Positions 48,944-60,047 of a stretch of 64,000 nucleotides of DNA are shown piece by piece (the first letter of the stretch is position 1; each line of letters opens with the position of its first letter). Both the position numbers and the translations under genes were made by a program. Under the pieces are notes generated by a model. That model ran no database searches. It was not told where the DNA came from and worked only from the letters and a program-made list of their open reading frames with translations. The DNA comes from Myxococcales bacterium (GTDB taxonomy: Bacteria > Myxococcota_A > Polyangia > Polyangiales > DASUME01): positions 4,352,001-4,416,000 of the forward strand of contig JASGJH010000001.1 in the NCBI GenBank assembly GCA_047601445.1, read 5' to 3'.

Positions 48944-51900
48944 TTAGTGGTCTACCTCCAGGAACTGCAGCACCTCTTCGCGCGCGTACTGGGTCTTCAA
49001 CTTGACCCAGTCGATAACTGGCTCGCCTTGGAGCGACCAGTCTCGAAAATACAAGGCAGGCAAGTAGCGTCCTGCGAACGGGATCTGTTGCAACGTGAGA
49101 GTCCGCATCTGCGCAAGCGCGCGAGCTTCATCCAGAACTTGGACGAGGCGATCGTTGGTCCAATCCCCGCCATCCGGACTCAGGGCGATCAGCAACGCTT
49201 GCGGCGGGCGTGCACCGGGCGCGTTGGCGTTGAGCGCGATGCCCGTGCTGGCGATATCGACGAGTTCGGCGGGCTTGTTCGGATCGCGAGGATCCGAGCG
49301 CTCGAGACGTCGTGGCACGATTTCCGTCCATTCATCCAGTACGAGCCCGGCGACAGCCCCAGCCAGTGACGGTTCATGGCCTGCATCCGCGCCGGTCACC
49401 TCTGCAACTATGCAGGTGAGGGGCCTGGTCGGCGGTTGGCCGTTGGCGAAGGGCAATCCCGCCCAGGTGCCGTAGGCGTCTGCGGGGGACTGAACTACGC
49501 GCAAACGCGGGCGTTGACCGAGCGCTTCGCGGACTAGCAAGGTCTCGCCCAGCGACGACGCGCAAGCGCGAAGCGCTCCCGCGCGGGCAAGCCATGGACG
49601 GATATCGGCACCCGGTCGCGCGCTGACGCCTCCTGGACCAACCGCCTCGGACCATGGGTCATGCTCGTTGGGAGGAGGGGGCAACCAGCGCGGAACCACG
49701 ACAAAGCTGCCACCAAACAGTCCTCCAATCGCCTTGGAGATCAGTTCGACGGCCCCTCGAGAAGAAGGTGCTCCCTCGGCCTGTGCCAGCAGGCTCTCAG
49801 CAACCTTCAGCCTCGAGGCTGCTTCCGTACGCAACGCGTCGTCGACTTGCGCTTGCTCGGCGTCCGTCAGCGCGAGCTTGGATACGGTCGGTGGAGGTCG
49901 CACTCCGAAACTGGCTAGTTGTTGGAGCGGGCGATCGGAGGCGCAGGCCGCCTTGAACGACCGCACTGCCTCCGTGGCGCGCTCACGCAACTCTGCAACG
50001 TCGGCCTTGCGACCTTGGGCCCCCTCTTCTACGGCACGCCCGAGGTCGCACACATCCAGGGCTCGCCCACTCGTCAGCAGAGCGCGCAGCATCGAAGCGA
50101 GCTCCCAGATCGGAGCGAGATGCGCGAAGTCGTCTCCGAGAGGTCTGGGATTTGCGCGCAGGCGCGCCGCGAGGGTGCTGCTTGCGAGACTGTCGCCGTC
50201 TGCATCGTAGAGCACATCGAGCGCCGACAGCTCCGCATCCGCGAGGGTCGTCCCAAGCGCTGCATCGAGCAGAATCGCGCGTGGATCGCCGAGAGCCCCT
50301 TGAGCCCAGCGGTCCAAGCGGGGCTCTACGCGCGCGCGCGGACTGATCGTATTCCAACCGTGGATCGGCCGCGGCGCCGGGTCGGGTACGAGGACGACGA
50401 TTCGATGCTGGATCGGCACGCCGCTGCGGGGCGTTCGGGCCACCTCTGGCTCCGGGGGCAAAGCCTCGCCGGCGCCCAACACGTCGAGCGCGGCCGCCGC
50501 ACGCGCAGGATTGCCCGCGGCAATTTGGTAGACGGACTCGGCGAGGAGAAGATCCGCGACGGCGTCGTGACTTCGTTCGAGTTCGACGATCGCCGCGAGC
50601 ACGGCTTGCTCTTCTCCGCCCTTCGGCGGCTTCCATGCGTCGGGCGGAACCAGGTAGCGCGTGTTGTCGGGACCGAGCGCGAGCTTCTTCTTGATGGTCT
50701 CGGGGTCGAGCTCCATCAGGCGAAGGCCGTCCACGACGTCGGAGGCCGCCACGCTCTCCTCCGCGGTCTCTCCGGGAGAGGTGAGCTTTCCAGCCCGAAG
50801 TGGAGCGAGCGCGCGCAGGACGTAGATGAAGCGATCGAGCTCGAGTCCATTGCCAGACGCTTCGTGGAGACGCCGTTCGAGGCGATAGCCGAGCAACGCC
50901 CCGAGCGACTGACCGCGCCGCATCCCTCCGAGGAGGGCGAGCGCGTCACGCGTACGCGCGCTCGAAAGGTCGATCTCCAAGGCCTCCGCGTTGGGATCTC
51001 CATGGCGGTGCGTGAGGCGCCCGCTACGCAGGATTGCGGCAGCGGTAGCGTGCATCAGGCTCGGTGCGTAGACGTAGCCACCGTCAGCGCGGTCATGGAA
51101 GACAGGGCGGTCGTCGATTTCGCCTGCCTCGTCGGGGGGATTCAGCGTGATGTTCTCGAGCCACCCGTAGGCACCGAAATACATCCCCTGAGCACCGTTG
51201 GCGCGCAGCGAAGAAAGCCGCAGTGAAGCTGCCGAAGTCAGCCATGCGTCCAGTCGATGAGAACAGCAATCGAGGGTCTCGCTCAGCAGCAGCCGGCGCT
51301 CCTCGAGCGATTCGATTGTAGCGATCAACTCGAGCGAGCTCCGCACGGAGGCCGACCAACTCGCGCGACAAAAGAGCTCACCGATCGCCTGCATTCCTTG
51401 GCGCGCGCTCAGCCGATCGATGCGCTGTCCTTCGCCGCCAATCTTTTCCACCATCGTCTCGGGTGCAATTGCTGGGATAGGGTGCCGGTCGGCGACGACG
51501 CGCGGGTCCAGACGCCCAATTCGCGAGACGACGTGGAGCGCGGCCTTGCCCACTACGGGGTCCTTCACAGCACCTTCCACCAGGACTGCGTCGAGCGCTT
51601 GCGCGAGTAGGCCGGCATCAAGGTTGGAGCGGTTTGATGCGATGGCTTCGCGCACTACTCCGTGCATACTCGCAGGCACGATCGTATCGCGCCGATGCTG
51701 GTCGATCGCGTCGGCATGTGCGAGCAACACCTGCAGCACGCTCTGGGGAGTCATGCTGGCTCGCGGTCCATGAAGGAGATGATTGACGAACTCCACGTCC
51801 GATTCGTGTACGAGTGGCAATGCCAGCGTACGAGTCTTCTTCCCTAGCAGGTCGTGATCATCGAGCGCATTGTCTGCCACGCCCGAGAGGAGCAGCAACG

Positions 51901-53434
51901 CCCGCGTCACCTGTTGTTCCGTCGCGGGATCCCCCAGATCCGGCATGACGAAAGCAGCGGCAGTTACCAGGGGGTTCGGCGAGAGCGCCGTGCGGACGCG
52001 CAGTCCGCGCAGGATCGCGTCGGTGCCGAGAATCTGCGGCAACGCCGTGTCCAGCGCTTGATTCATCACGGTGACCGCGTTGGTTCCTCCCGCTGTCCAC
52101 ATCCAGCGCACGCTCTGGTTCAAGAAGGGGACCAGGCTTTCTTCGATGAACCCGCCTTGCAGAGGGCGCCATGCCGCGTCGGTCGCCACGATGGGCAGCA
52201 ATCCATAGGGCTGGCGTCCCAGGCGCAACACGGGCAATGGCCCGCGACCACGTACGTGCGCAACCCAGTGGTCACGGACCGCCTCGAGGGATGGGCTGTC
52301 CAGTCGCTGGTCACCGTTTGCTTGGCCCTCAGGCGTCAGGTGCTCAATGGCATCTCCCCAGGTGGTGCTCCAGAGCGCCGTGTTGAACGCTGCCGCGCGA
52401 GCTTGGGGGCGGTCGTCTGCTCCAGGGAGCTTGGACATCACCGCGCGATCGATCCCCAGAGCCGCGGCGCTAACCGCTGCGTTCGTATCAAGGGCGGTGT
52501 CCGCTGTTGGATCGAGCACGGGCGAGCCGAGCGGGGTGCGCCGGCTCCAACCTGCGCGGATTGATTCGGTGTTGTTGGTCGGGGTTCCCTGCGCAATGAA
52601 TTCGGCGCCGTCGGTGAAGCTGTGTGCGCGGATGAGGCGCGCGAATCTCGCTGCGCTCGACGCGCTGTCGAGTGTGGCGCGCACACCGTAGACGGTGAGG
52701 CGGCGGACCGGGCGGCCTGGCAGAGGAAGTGGCACGGTCACGGCCAGCCCCACGCGCTCGGCCTCAGTGTAGTCCACGAGCCAGCGCAACGATTCGTCGA
52801 CCAGAGGCAGGTCCTGGTCGTCGAGCTCGAGCGGTCTAAGGTCGTTCGGCCTCACAAGCCCAACCGGAAGCTCGTCGTCGATCACGCCACCGCTCACGGT
52901 GACCGGGAGCGCGCCGTCCTGCTCAATCCGAACGAAGAACCGATCGGGCAACGTCCGGACCACTGCGGTCCGGAAGTCGGTCGGCGCAGTATCAGGAAAG
53001 TCAGGCGGCTCGCTTGCACGCGCACCGACATTGCGTGGACGCAGACTTTCGGCGACCCAGGGAGCACGGCGGCTTCCCACCGCTTCGACCAACATCGGCC
53101 ATGGCATACTCGTGTCCGCGCCCTGCCAGACGAGCGTCCAGTACGCGATGCCTGCCGCGCGCTCGCTCTCACTCACGCCCTCGTCCAGCGATTCGACGTG
53201 CACCGAGTCGTGGAAAATTCGCACGCGAAGCGCGCCGCTGTCGGCAGTGGAGCGGACCTCCACGCGCACAGGCAAGAGCACCAGAGGTACATCGCCCTCC
53301 AGCTCCAGAACCGAGCCCAGAAGTTGGTCCAAGTCGGCACGCCGTCGCGCATCGGGCATCGCCACTCCGCGCGCGTATGAAGCGCGGCTCGACGCAGCCG
53401 CGGCGACCCGCCGGATGAAGTCGAGTTCAGGCAT
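48944..53434 (-). CDS. Conserved hypothetical protein (1496 aa) of the DUF6603-type operon
   Basis: LLPVRVEVR, QGTPTNNT, GRQPYGLLP, SHRLDAW, GQSLGALLGYRLER, DEWTEIVP; TGATG overlap at 53434. Confidence 0.85.
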   Translation of the reverse strand: MPELDFIRRVAAAASSRASYARGVAMPDARRRADLDQLLGSVLELEGDVPLVLLPVRVEVRSTADSGALRVRIFHDSVHVESLDEGVSESERAAGIAYWTLVWQGADTSMPWPMLVEAVGSRRAPWVAESLRPRNVGARASEPPDFPDTAPTDFRTAVVRTLPDRFFVRIEQDGALPVTVSGGVIDDELPVGLVRPNDLRPLELDDQDLPLVDESLRWLVDYTEAERVGLAVTVPLPLPGRPVRRLTVYGVRATLDSASSAARFARLIRAHSFTDGAEFIAQGTPTNNTESIRAGWSRRTPLGSPVLDPTADTALDTNAAVSAAALGIDRAVMSKLPGADDRPQARAAAFNTALWSTTWGDAIEHLTPEGQANGDQRLDSPSLEAVRDHWVAHVRGRGPLPVLRLGRQPYGLLPIVATDAAWRPLQGGFIEESLVPFLNQSVRWMWTAGGTNAVTVMNQALDTALPQILGTDAILRGLRVRTALSPNPLVTAAAFVMPDLGDPATEQQVTRALLLLSGVADNALDDHDLLGKKTRTLALPLVHESDVEFVNHLLHGPRASMTPQSVLQVLLAHADAIDQHRRDTIVPASMHGVVREAIASNRSNLDAGLLAQALDAVLVEGAVKDPVVGKAALHVVSRIGRLDPRVVADRHPIPAIAPETMVEKIGGEGQRIDRLSARQGMQAIGELFCRASWSASVRSSLELIATIESLEERRLLLSETLDCCSHRLDAWLTSAASLRLSSLRANGAQGMYFGAYGWLENITLNPPDEAGEIDDRPVFHDRADGGYVYAPSLMHATAAAILRSGRLTHRHGDPNAEALEIDLSSARTRDALALLGGMRRGQSLGALLGYRLERRLHEASGNGLELDRFIYVLRALAPLRAGKLTSPGETAEESVAASDVVDGLRLMELDPETIKKKLALGPDNTRYLVPPDAWKPPKGGEEQAVLAAIVELERSHDAVADLLLAESVYQIAAGNPARAAAALDVLGAGEALPPEPEVARTPRSGVPIQHRIVVLVPDPAPRPIHGWNTISPRARVEPRLDRWAQGALGDPRAILLDAALGTTLADAELSALDVLYDADGDSLASSTLAARLRANPRPLGDDFAHLAPIWELASMLRALLTSGRALDVCDLGRAVEEGAQGRKADVAELRERATEAVRSFKAACASDRPLQQLASFGVRPPPTVSKLALTDAEQAQVDDALRTEAASRLKVAESLLAQAEGAPSSRGAVELISKAIGGLFGGSFVVVPRWLPPPPNEHDPWSEAVGPGGVSARPGADIRPWLARAGALRACASSLGETLLVREALGQRPRLRVVQSPADAYGTWAGLPFANGQPPTRPLTCIVAEVTGADAGHEPSLAGAVAGLVLDEWTEIVPRRLERSDPRDPNKPAELVDIASTGIALNANAPGARPPQALLIALSPDGGDWTNDRLVQVLDEARALAQMRTLTLQQIPFAGRYLPALYFRDWSLQGEPVIDWVKLKTQYAREEVLQFLEVDH

Positions 53435-56400
53435 CAGAGCTTCGCTCCCGTGACCATCGCTTTGGCCCGGAACGCAGCGCGTGCCGGGAGTTGGAAGAGC
53501 AGGTAGGCGACCTCGGCGCTCGAAGCCCCCCAACGAGACTTATCAAGGACCAAGTTGGTCGGATGGGCTGCACTGAGAAACCCGCCAGGAACGTCCATCT
53601 CTAGATCGCTCCATGTTAGGTCGTCGCGAGAGACGTCGTTCACGCGCGACGGATCGAGGCCAAAGCGAGGTTCGGTCGGATTCTCCGACAGCGTAAACCA
53701 CCAGTTCTGCTCCGGGTTGTCGATCTGCGCTTTGGTCAGCGAGAAACCGGCGAGCAAGATGTTCGGTGGGAGATGGATGTGAAACAGAGTCTCGACTGGC
53801 GAGCTGGCTTGAAAGAGCGGGACGCCATTTTCGTCGATGTCTCCTTCCAGCGCCGCATGAGCGATGACTCCTGGGTATCTGCGGATCAGGTCGCCCCTTG
53901 CGAGGAAGACGATTCGACCGTCGAGGTTGGGATTGACGTGCGTGCCTAGCTTGCCGCTTCGCCAGAGGGGCTCGTGAAGATCGGCGCTTAGCTCCGGCGT
54001 GTATGTCCAGAACGAGGAGAAGTAGGTGCCCCGCTGATCCGTCGGAAACTCTCGCCATAGTAGCTCGCGCGCCATCTCATGATTCAGACCGACCAGATAC
54101 GCCTCGATGAAGCGGTTGTTCGTCACCAGCAGGGTGGTCACATCCGACTGACCGATCAGCCCGAGTCCCGGAATGAGCCACTCGCGGTCGTAGCGGTACA
54201 GTGGCTCGTACATGGGATACGTGAAGCGCGGGTGCGCCATGACGGGCTCGATGCGCATGTCGTCGAACCAGTCGGCAGGCAACCAACCCGGGAACCGGCC
54301 GCTTCCACCCGCAAGGCGCGCAGCGACCCTCGCAGGCACGGTCTTGGCGGGGTCGAGGGCCGTCACAATCCCGAGTCCAGGGACTGAAATCCGATCGCGT
54401 GGGTCGTCCGCGAATGGATCGTCGAGCACGACCTTGGAGCCAAGGGCTTGCAGCGCGCCGAGGACGACAGGCCCCTCGGGCTGGAGTCCGCGCGCGAGAA
54501 CGCCACGCAGTCGCTCCGCGCTGCGCTCGAAATCTTCGGTGGGCACCTCGATTCGATGTCGCCGCGCAGCCGCGATACCTCGCTCGACCAACGCGCGCAT
54601 GGCTTCCGTCGACACCGCGGCACGAAAAGGGGCGTCTCTTGTTTGGGTGGATTCGAGCTCCAAACGCTCTGCGTCGACACGCGTGATGTGGACCTCGTGA
54701 AGCCCGAGCCTGCCGGCTGCGGTCAGCAAGACGTCGAACAGCCTCGCGTGGGACGCTCCCGTGAATGCTCGCTCGGGATCTGCCTCCATCTCCCGCTGCG
54801 TGGGTGTCGTGCCCGCCACCCGCGCGATCAGGGTGTTTAGCAGCGTGGCGCCCAGCCCCGGAAAGTCTGCAACGTGAGCGCTCGCAAGTCGTTCGTCCGT
54901 GAGCTCGTCCGAAGGTCCGGGCTTGGCCAGCTGCTCTCGCCAGCGCGTGAGCAACGTCTCCACGTCGACTCCAGGGGCAACTTGTGCCGCGACTGCGCCC
55001 GTGACCTGCCGACCAGCGGCCTGTCCGAGGTCACGCACGCCGTCAGCCGCTTCGTACCTGATCACCCAACTCGTGGTCAGACGGTCTGTTTGGGCTGTCA
55101 ATGCGTCGACAGATGCGAGCGGCGAGATCTTCGCCCGTGTCGCAACCTTCACGATCGGGCCGCGAACACGTGCCAGCCGTCGAAATGCGCCGACCGTCAC
55201 ACTCGTCGGCAGGCTCGAACGCCGAATCGATGCCCACACGCTGTTGGCGTCCGAGTGAAGGATCTTGGCGTGGACCCGCTCTGTCACCGTGACCAGAGCT
55301 GCATCTCGGAGGCGAGCCAGGTGTCGGCGGTGCAAGGACGTGCCAACTCGTTTGGCAAGCTGAGCCAGGCGAAGAGTTCGATTGGTTTTCTCGACCCCGT
55401 CGATCTGATTCCACGCGGCGACCATTAGATCTTCTTGCTCCGCTTGGACGACTCGTGTGCCGAGGCCGGCCACGATGCGATGGCGCGGATCGAGATTGAG
55501 CTCACGGAACCAAGGCGGCTGCAGCGCGTCTCCAGGCGGGTCCTCCGGTTCGACGTGCGTTTCCCTCACGTGCGTTGCGCCGTACAGGGGCGGTCCGACC
55601 CGTGGCGGCCCAGGATTGGGTGTGTGCGCTTGCTGATCTGGCTCGTTGAGCTTGGTTGCGAGGCCGGCTGTGACGATGGGTAGCCAGTGCTGCTCAGCTT
55701 CGCTCGGCCAGTCATCCTCCGGGGTGGACTCAGTAGGCTGTGGCGAGACGACCGGTCCCGTCACAACGATCTCGGCGCCCTGATCGGCAGCTCCGAGCTC
55801 CAAGCCTGCCCAGGGCCGTGTGGCATCGACGCGCCGCCGACCCACGCCAGGCGGCGCGACGGCCGTGCGGAGCTTCTGCGCTAGGCTCTCGAAGTTTCCG
55901 TTTTCGGTGGTCCCGAAGCTCCAGGAGTAATAGACGGGCAGCGCCACCATGTCGAAGGGGTCACCTGCCGCAAAGTTCTCTTTCGTTCCCCAGGCCGGTG
56001 CGAGCGTCGTGACCGGAGTCAATCCGAGCCCCGCCTGAACGCCAGCCAGAAAGGTGGGCACCACGCAGGCCACGTACTCGGTATGATCGTCGAGACGTCG
56101 CGGGCAGATCAGCCGACTGAGGTTTTGCGCAGCGTTGACTTCGCTCAGACGGCGCTCCAGCGTCGGTTCGCTGGTCGGAAGGTCGCCCCTTGCGCCCATG
56201 ACTTGAGCGTGCGCCCAAGCCCAGGCGTCACCGAGCGGCTGCAGCTGGTCACGCCGGATCCGCGCACATTGCACGGCACCACGACGCTCGCCCCACGCTA
56301 CGTGGCGTCGTTCGGCGACCACCAGCGTGATCCAAGGCACGAGACGGCCTTGAGCGTCCGGTCCGGCAGGCGTGAAGAGCCAGGGCAAATCCGGACGATC

Positions 56401-56763
56401 GAATTCCACATGGACCAAGTCGTCGACTTCGGCATTGACGACGTCGGCTTTCGGCGCGGCGCGAATGATCTGCCTGCCGTCGATCTCCGTGACGTCGCCC
56501 GGGCCGTACACGTTCACCTGCATCTCTGCGTTGATGCCGCCACGCTCGTCGATCACCGGAACTACCAGGTTGATGCGAGTGCGCGCGGGTAGGCTCCAAT
56601 CAAAGGGGGTCGCCAGCGCTGCCGCGATCCCCGAGCGCGAAAACGGCAAGAACACATAGCGATCGAGGACCAGCTCCTCGAGCTTCACGGGCAGATGGAG
56701 GTCCCTGATGACGTCCTTCGACCTGAACGCCGCCCCTGCCAACGACTGCAATGTATCCGCCAT
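53434..56763 (-). CDS. Conserved hypothetical protein (1109 aa) of the DUF6603-type operon
   Basis: VEFDRPDLPWLFTP, RLICPRRL, GLNHEMARELLWREFPTDQRGTYF; TGATG overlaps at both ends. Confidence 0.85.
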   Translation of the reverse strand: MADTLQSLAGAAFRSKDVIRDLHLPVKLEELVLDRYVFLPFSRSGIAAALATPFDWSLPARTRINLVVPVIDERGGINAEMQVNVYGPGDVTEIDGRQIIRAAPKADVVNAEVDDLVHVEFDRPDLPWLFTPAGPDAQGRLVPWITLVVAERRHVAWGERRGAVQCARIRRDQLQPLGDAWAWAHAQVMGARGDLPTSEPTLERRLSEVNAAQNLSRLICPRRLDDHTEYVACVVPTFLAGVQAGLGLTPVTTLAPAWGTKENFAAGDPFDMVALPVYYSWSFGTTENGNFESLAQKLRTAVAPPGVGRRRVDATRPWAGLELGAADQGAEIVVTGPVVSPQPTESTPEDDWPSEAEQHWLPIVTAGLATKLNEPDQQAHTPNPGPPRVGPPLYGATHVRETHVEPEDPPGDALQPPWFRELNLDPRHRIVAGLGTRVVQAEQEDLMVAAWNQIDGVEKTNRTLRLAQLAKRVGTSLHRRHLARLRDAALVTVTERVHAKILHSDANSVWASIRRSSLPTSVTVGAFRRLARVRGPIVKVATRAKISPLASVDALTAQTDRLTTSWVIRYEAADGVRDLGQAAGRQVTGAVAAQVAPGVDVETLLTRWREQLAKPGPSDELTDERLASAHVADFPGLGATLLNTLIARVAGTTPTQREMEADPERAFTGASHARLFDVLLTAAGRLGLHEVHITRVDAERLELESTQTRDAPFRAAVSTEAMRALVERGIAAARRHRIEVPTEDFERSAERLRGVLARGLQPEGPVVLGALQALGSKVVLDDPFADDPRDRISVPGLGIVTALDPAKTVPARVAARLAGGSGRFPGWLPADWFDDMRIEPVMAHPRFTYPMYEPLYRYDREWLIPGLGLIGQSDVTTLLVTNNRFIEAYLVGLNHEMARELLWREFPTDQRGTYFSSFWTYTPELSADLHEPLWRSGKLGTHVNPNLDGRIVFLARGDLIRRYPGVIAHAALEGDIDENGVPLFQASSPVETLFHIHLPPNILLAGFSLTKAQIDNPEQNWWFTLSENPTEPRFGLDPSRVNDVSRDDLTWSDLEMDVPGGFLSAAHPTNLVLDKSRWGASSAEVAYLLFQLPARAAFRAKAMVTGAKL

Positions 56764-59700
56764 CAGGCCACCCCCAGGCGCACGATCTGAACGTCATCAG
56801 CCAACTCCTGCTCCGCTGCGTGCGTGTACGTGCTCCATACCGTCGTGCCGACCGAAGCCAGCGTCGCCTTCGACGCCAGGCGCGATTCTCCAGCGGCAGC
56901 GAGGACGATGGGGTCGGGATCGCTCGCGTATCGCGTGCGGGCGCGGAGTTCGCTACGTCCAGCCGCACCCGCAGCGAGGACGGTGCGTGGTGAGCTCGCA
57001 ATAAGAGCGTCGGCGCGTCCCTTGCTTCGCTTTTTTTGCACGCCATTTTCGTCGCACACAAAGGTCTCGTACTTCAGGTCGGCCTGGCGTGACGCGGCGA
57101 ATGGGGCGACCTCCCCTGGCGCTCGAATCTGGGCGCCCGCGAGCATCTGCTCGAAGCTCGGACGGGACAGCTTTTGATCTTCGGTCAGATCGAGAAAGGC
57201 ACCGGGCGCGAAAAGGTCATTCACTGGGCTGATAGCGCCGGCCGGTGTGCCATCGATCAGGGGCACGCCCATGTGGACACGGCGTTGGCCTTCGGGAACA
57301 GGGCTGGGCCCCACGCGGCTCAGCACCGTCTCGAGGGGAATCGCGTGCTGTCGCACCTCGAACGCGCACATCGGGTGCACCGTGACTGCCACATCGCTTG
57401 GGGTGGCAAGCTTGACGCGCACCACACGGTCCGCGTCGGGTGGGGTGAGGGCCTGCCAAGCCGCTGGATTGTGATGCATCGCGTCTCGCGCCAGTTGCCG
57501 TGGATCGGCCGGCAGCGGAGGGGGGTTGTCGTCGTCACCCCATGTGAGCGGGCCGATGTCGATTGAGGTCGTCGCCCCCAAGATCTCGACCTCGCCGTGA
57601 CCTTCCGCGCGCCAAGGTGCGGGGCCCGCCACATGCAGTTGAGCGTGCACACCCATCAGGGTCACCCCGCTCACGCGTACGGTCAGTCCGATCCCGACAT
57701 CAACCAGGAACGAGAAGCGAGGCGAGAACAGGACCAGGGCGTCGAACGCGAAATTTCCGCTAATGGAAGCGACGTCGAGATCGGCGGCCAGGTCGACTCG
57801 GCAACCGAGCTGCACGCTGCTCGTGGTGACCGCGAAATAGGCCTCCGCGCGCATCGTCACGACTGCCGGCGGCGAGAGGTCCACCGCGAGCCGGTGCATG
57901 CCAGTGAGCTCCCGAGGCGGCTCATACCGCGGATGAAACCCACCTGCTGAGATCGCAACTTCGGGAGAGCCGGCCCAGCGAATCAGCATTCCGATATCAC
58001 CGTCGATCGAGAAGGTCGCGAACCGCGAGCCGTTCAGCGAGGCGAAGAAGAGAGCGTGATCGGGCGTGATTTCACCGAACCCCGAGGCCTTCAGATCAAT
58101 GATGGGCTGCTCCGGCGTGGGCAGGGCTACGCGTCCTCTTCCCAGCAGCACGATCTTGGGATCGGGCAGCGCCAGCATCACGCCGAGTTGCATGGTGAGG
58201 AAGCTGATCGGCCGGCCCCAGCCGAGCGCGAGCATCGGTCCCACCACGATCGCGCCGTGCGAAAGTGGAAAGATGTGCTCGAGCGACGCGAGGATCGCCG
58301 GAGCAGCCGCGACCGGATCGGCCGGAAACAGTACGTGATCGAGCGTGCCGTTCGAGACCTCTGTACGGAGCGCTTCGGTGTCGATGCTGTGCTCGATGGC
58401 GATCACGCCCCCGACCCCGTTCAACGTAAAGCCGAAACTCAGATCGATGGGCGGAAAGAACTCGATCGACATCACCACGACCAAGGCAAAGCTCGGCTCG
58501 AGCGTCAACAGGCCTGCCGCTTTCACCTCGACGGGGCCCACGCGCAGCTGAAGCGCACCGCCGTAGCCTCCTTTGCGCTCTCCCAGGAAGCCACCGCCTC
58601 GAACCATCCCCGCGTTGAGGAGTAGACCGATGCCACTGGGGCCCTTGAGGGAGACGGACAGGGGAAAATTGCCGTGAAATGCCGCGACCGGATCGATGTC
58701 GAGGTGGAGTCCTGCGCCTTCGACATTGCCCTTGATGACGCCGCCGATCTCGATGGCCAGCGTGCTGCAAACGTCGATCCTGTTGGCGATGCCTTGCGGG
58801 AATTCCAGGGCGACTTCACGTACCTCGAGCGGACCGGCCTTGGCGCGTCCCGGCAACACCACACGTGACCCTGCGCCGCCGCCGAGGGTCAGGCCCGAGG
58901 TGGTGTCGACACCGACAGTGATGTCCGCCTGGACGGATGCGCCAGCACCACCAAGCAAGCTCGCGACCGCGGGACCGCCCACGTTGGCTTCCAGGCCTTT
59001 CAGCGCGAGGGCCAACGAAAGCGTCGGTGCGGTGCCGTCCATGCGGAGTCGCCCGCTGAGCTCGGCGCGGTCGAACCCCAGCTTCACGGGTGCCGGCACC
59101 AGCACGCGTCCCGGCGTAGCGATTGTGTAGACCAACGTTGCGCCGTCAACCGATAGACCCGGGATGGTCGCGGGCAGGCCGAGTTGTTTGGCGAGGCCCG
59201 TAGGTATGCCCGCGGTCCACTGGATCTTGCCAGCTAGCAGCTTTTCGAACGTGGCGCCGACCTTGGAAGTCGCATCGAACACTGCCTTCAGCGCTTCCGC
59301 AAGCGCGCTGGCGGCGCCCCCCAAATCGCTGGCTCCCATGCGCGGCGGAACCAAGTCCAGCGAGGCGCGCGCATTCGTGAGCAGCATGGCCACGCTTCCA
59401 CCCACGTCCTGGAAGGCGGGCATCTCGACCGCTCCAAGAAAGCTCGGCAGATCGCCGAGCGCAACGTTCCGGAGCTCGGTGAGCCGTGCGTGAATGTATT
59501 CGACGACCTCCGCGACGATCTCGTTGCCCAGTGCGGGATCGGGATTTCGCAAAGCCAACGCTGCAGCGCTGTGCTGCACTCCTGGATCCGGATCGTTCGT
59601 GGCCAGCTCTTCCACGTGATCGGCCAGCACCGGGTGCAAGGGAGGCGCAAGCGCTCGCAGCGCGATCCCACGAACGCCAGCGTCGAGATCCTCGAGCAAT

Positions 59701-60005
59701 TGGGCAACGACAGACGTCGCCCCGTCGCCCGCCCGGCCAGCCGCCAGCGCCGCGCACGCGCGCACGTCGGGCGAGGCATGGGAGGCCGCGAAGGTGATGG
59801 CTTGCAGCGTCTGCGGGGCGACCGCGGGATCGCGAGCGAGGGTCGCCACGAGAGATGCGGCGGGTGCGGCGACACGAACGTCGTCCTCCTGGACCATCGC
59901 CTCGAGTACCGGCAACCCCGCAGAACCTACCTCCGCGGCGGCGCCGCGATAGTCAGGCTCCTCGCTGTCGAGCAGCTCGAGAACGCGGGCTCTGGAGATC
60001 GCCAC
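56763..60005 (-). CDS. DUF6603-like beta-rich protein with N-terminal HEAT-repeat domain
   Basis: AAGGAG RBS then GTG; N-terminal HEAT-like repeats (SPDVRACAA, DAGVRGIAL, DPGVQHSAA); Gly/hydrophobic beta region with GGGFL, GFTLNGVGG, SAGGFHPRY, YFAVT, GPAPW. Confidence 0.82.
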   Translation of the reverse strand: MAISRARVLELLDSEEPDYRGAAAEVGSAGLPVLEAMVQEDDVRVAAPAASLVATLARDPAVAPQTLQAITFAASHASPDVRACAALAAGRAGDGATSVVAQLLEDLDAGVRGIALRALAPPLHPVLADHVEELATNDPDPGVQHSAAALALRNPDPALGNEIVAEVVEYIHARLTELRNVALGDLPSFLGAVEMPAFQDVGGSVAMLLTNARASLDLVPPRMGASDLGGAASALAEALKAVFDATSKVGATFEKLLAGKIQWTAGIPTGLAKQLGLPATIPGLSVDGATLVYTIATPGRVLVPAPVKLGFDRAELSGRLRMDGTAPTLSLALALKGLEANVGGPAVASLLGGAGASVQADITVGVDTTSGLTLGGGAGSRVVLPGRAKAGPLEVREVALEFPQGIANRIDVCSTLAIEIGGVIKGNVEGAGLHLDIDPVAAFHGNFPLSVSLKGPSGIGLLLNAGMVRGGGFLGERKGGYGGALQLRVGPVEVKAAGLLTLEPSFALVVVMSIEFFPPIDLSFGFTLNGVGGVIAIEHSIDTEALRTEVSNGTLDHVLFPADPVAAAPAILASLEHIFPLSHGAIVVGPMLALGWGRPISFLTMQLGVMLALPDPKIVLLGRGRVALPTPEQPIIDLKASGFGEITPDHALFFASLNGSRFATFSIDGDIGMLIRWAGSPEVAISAGGFHPRYEPPRELTGMHRLAVDLSPPAVVTMRAEAYFAVTTSSVQLGCRVDLAADLDVASISGNFAFDALVLFSPRFSFLVDVGIGLTVRVSGVTLMGVHAQLHVAGPAPWRAEGHGEVEILGATTSIDIGPLTWGDDDNPPPLPADPRQLARDAMHHNPAAWQALTPPDADRVVRVKLATPSDVAVTVHPMCAFEVRQHAIPLETVLSRVGPSPVPEGQRRVHMGVPLIDGTPAGAISPVNDLFAPGAFLDLTEDQKLSRPSFEQMLAGAQIRAPGEVAPFAASRQADLKYETFVCDENGVQKKRSKGRADALIASSPRTVLAAGAAGRSELRARTRYASDPDPIVLAAAGESRLASKATLASVGTTVWSTYTHAAEQELADDVQIVRLGVA

Positions 60006-60047
60006 GGTCGTGGCTCCTTTCGGACAAGCGTGATGGTTGGCGAGAAC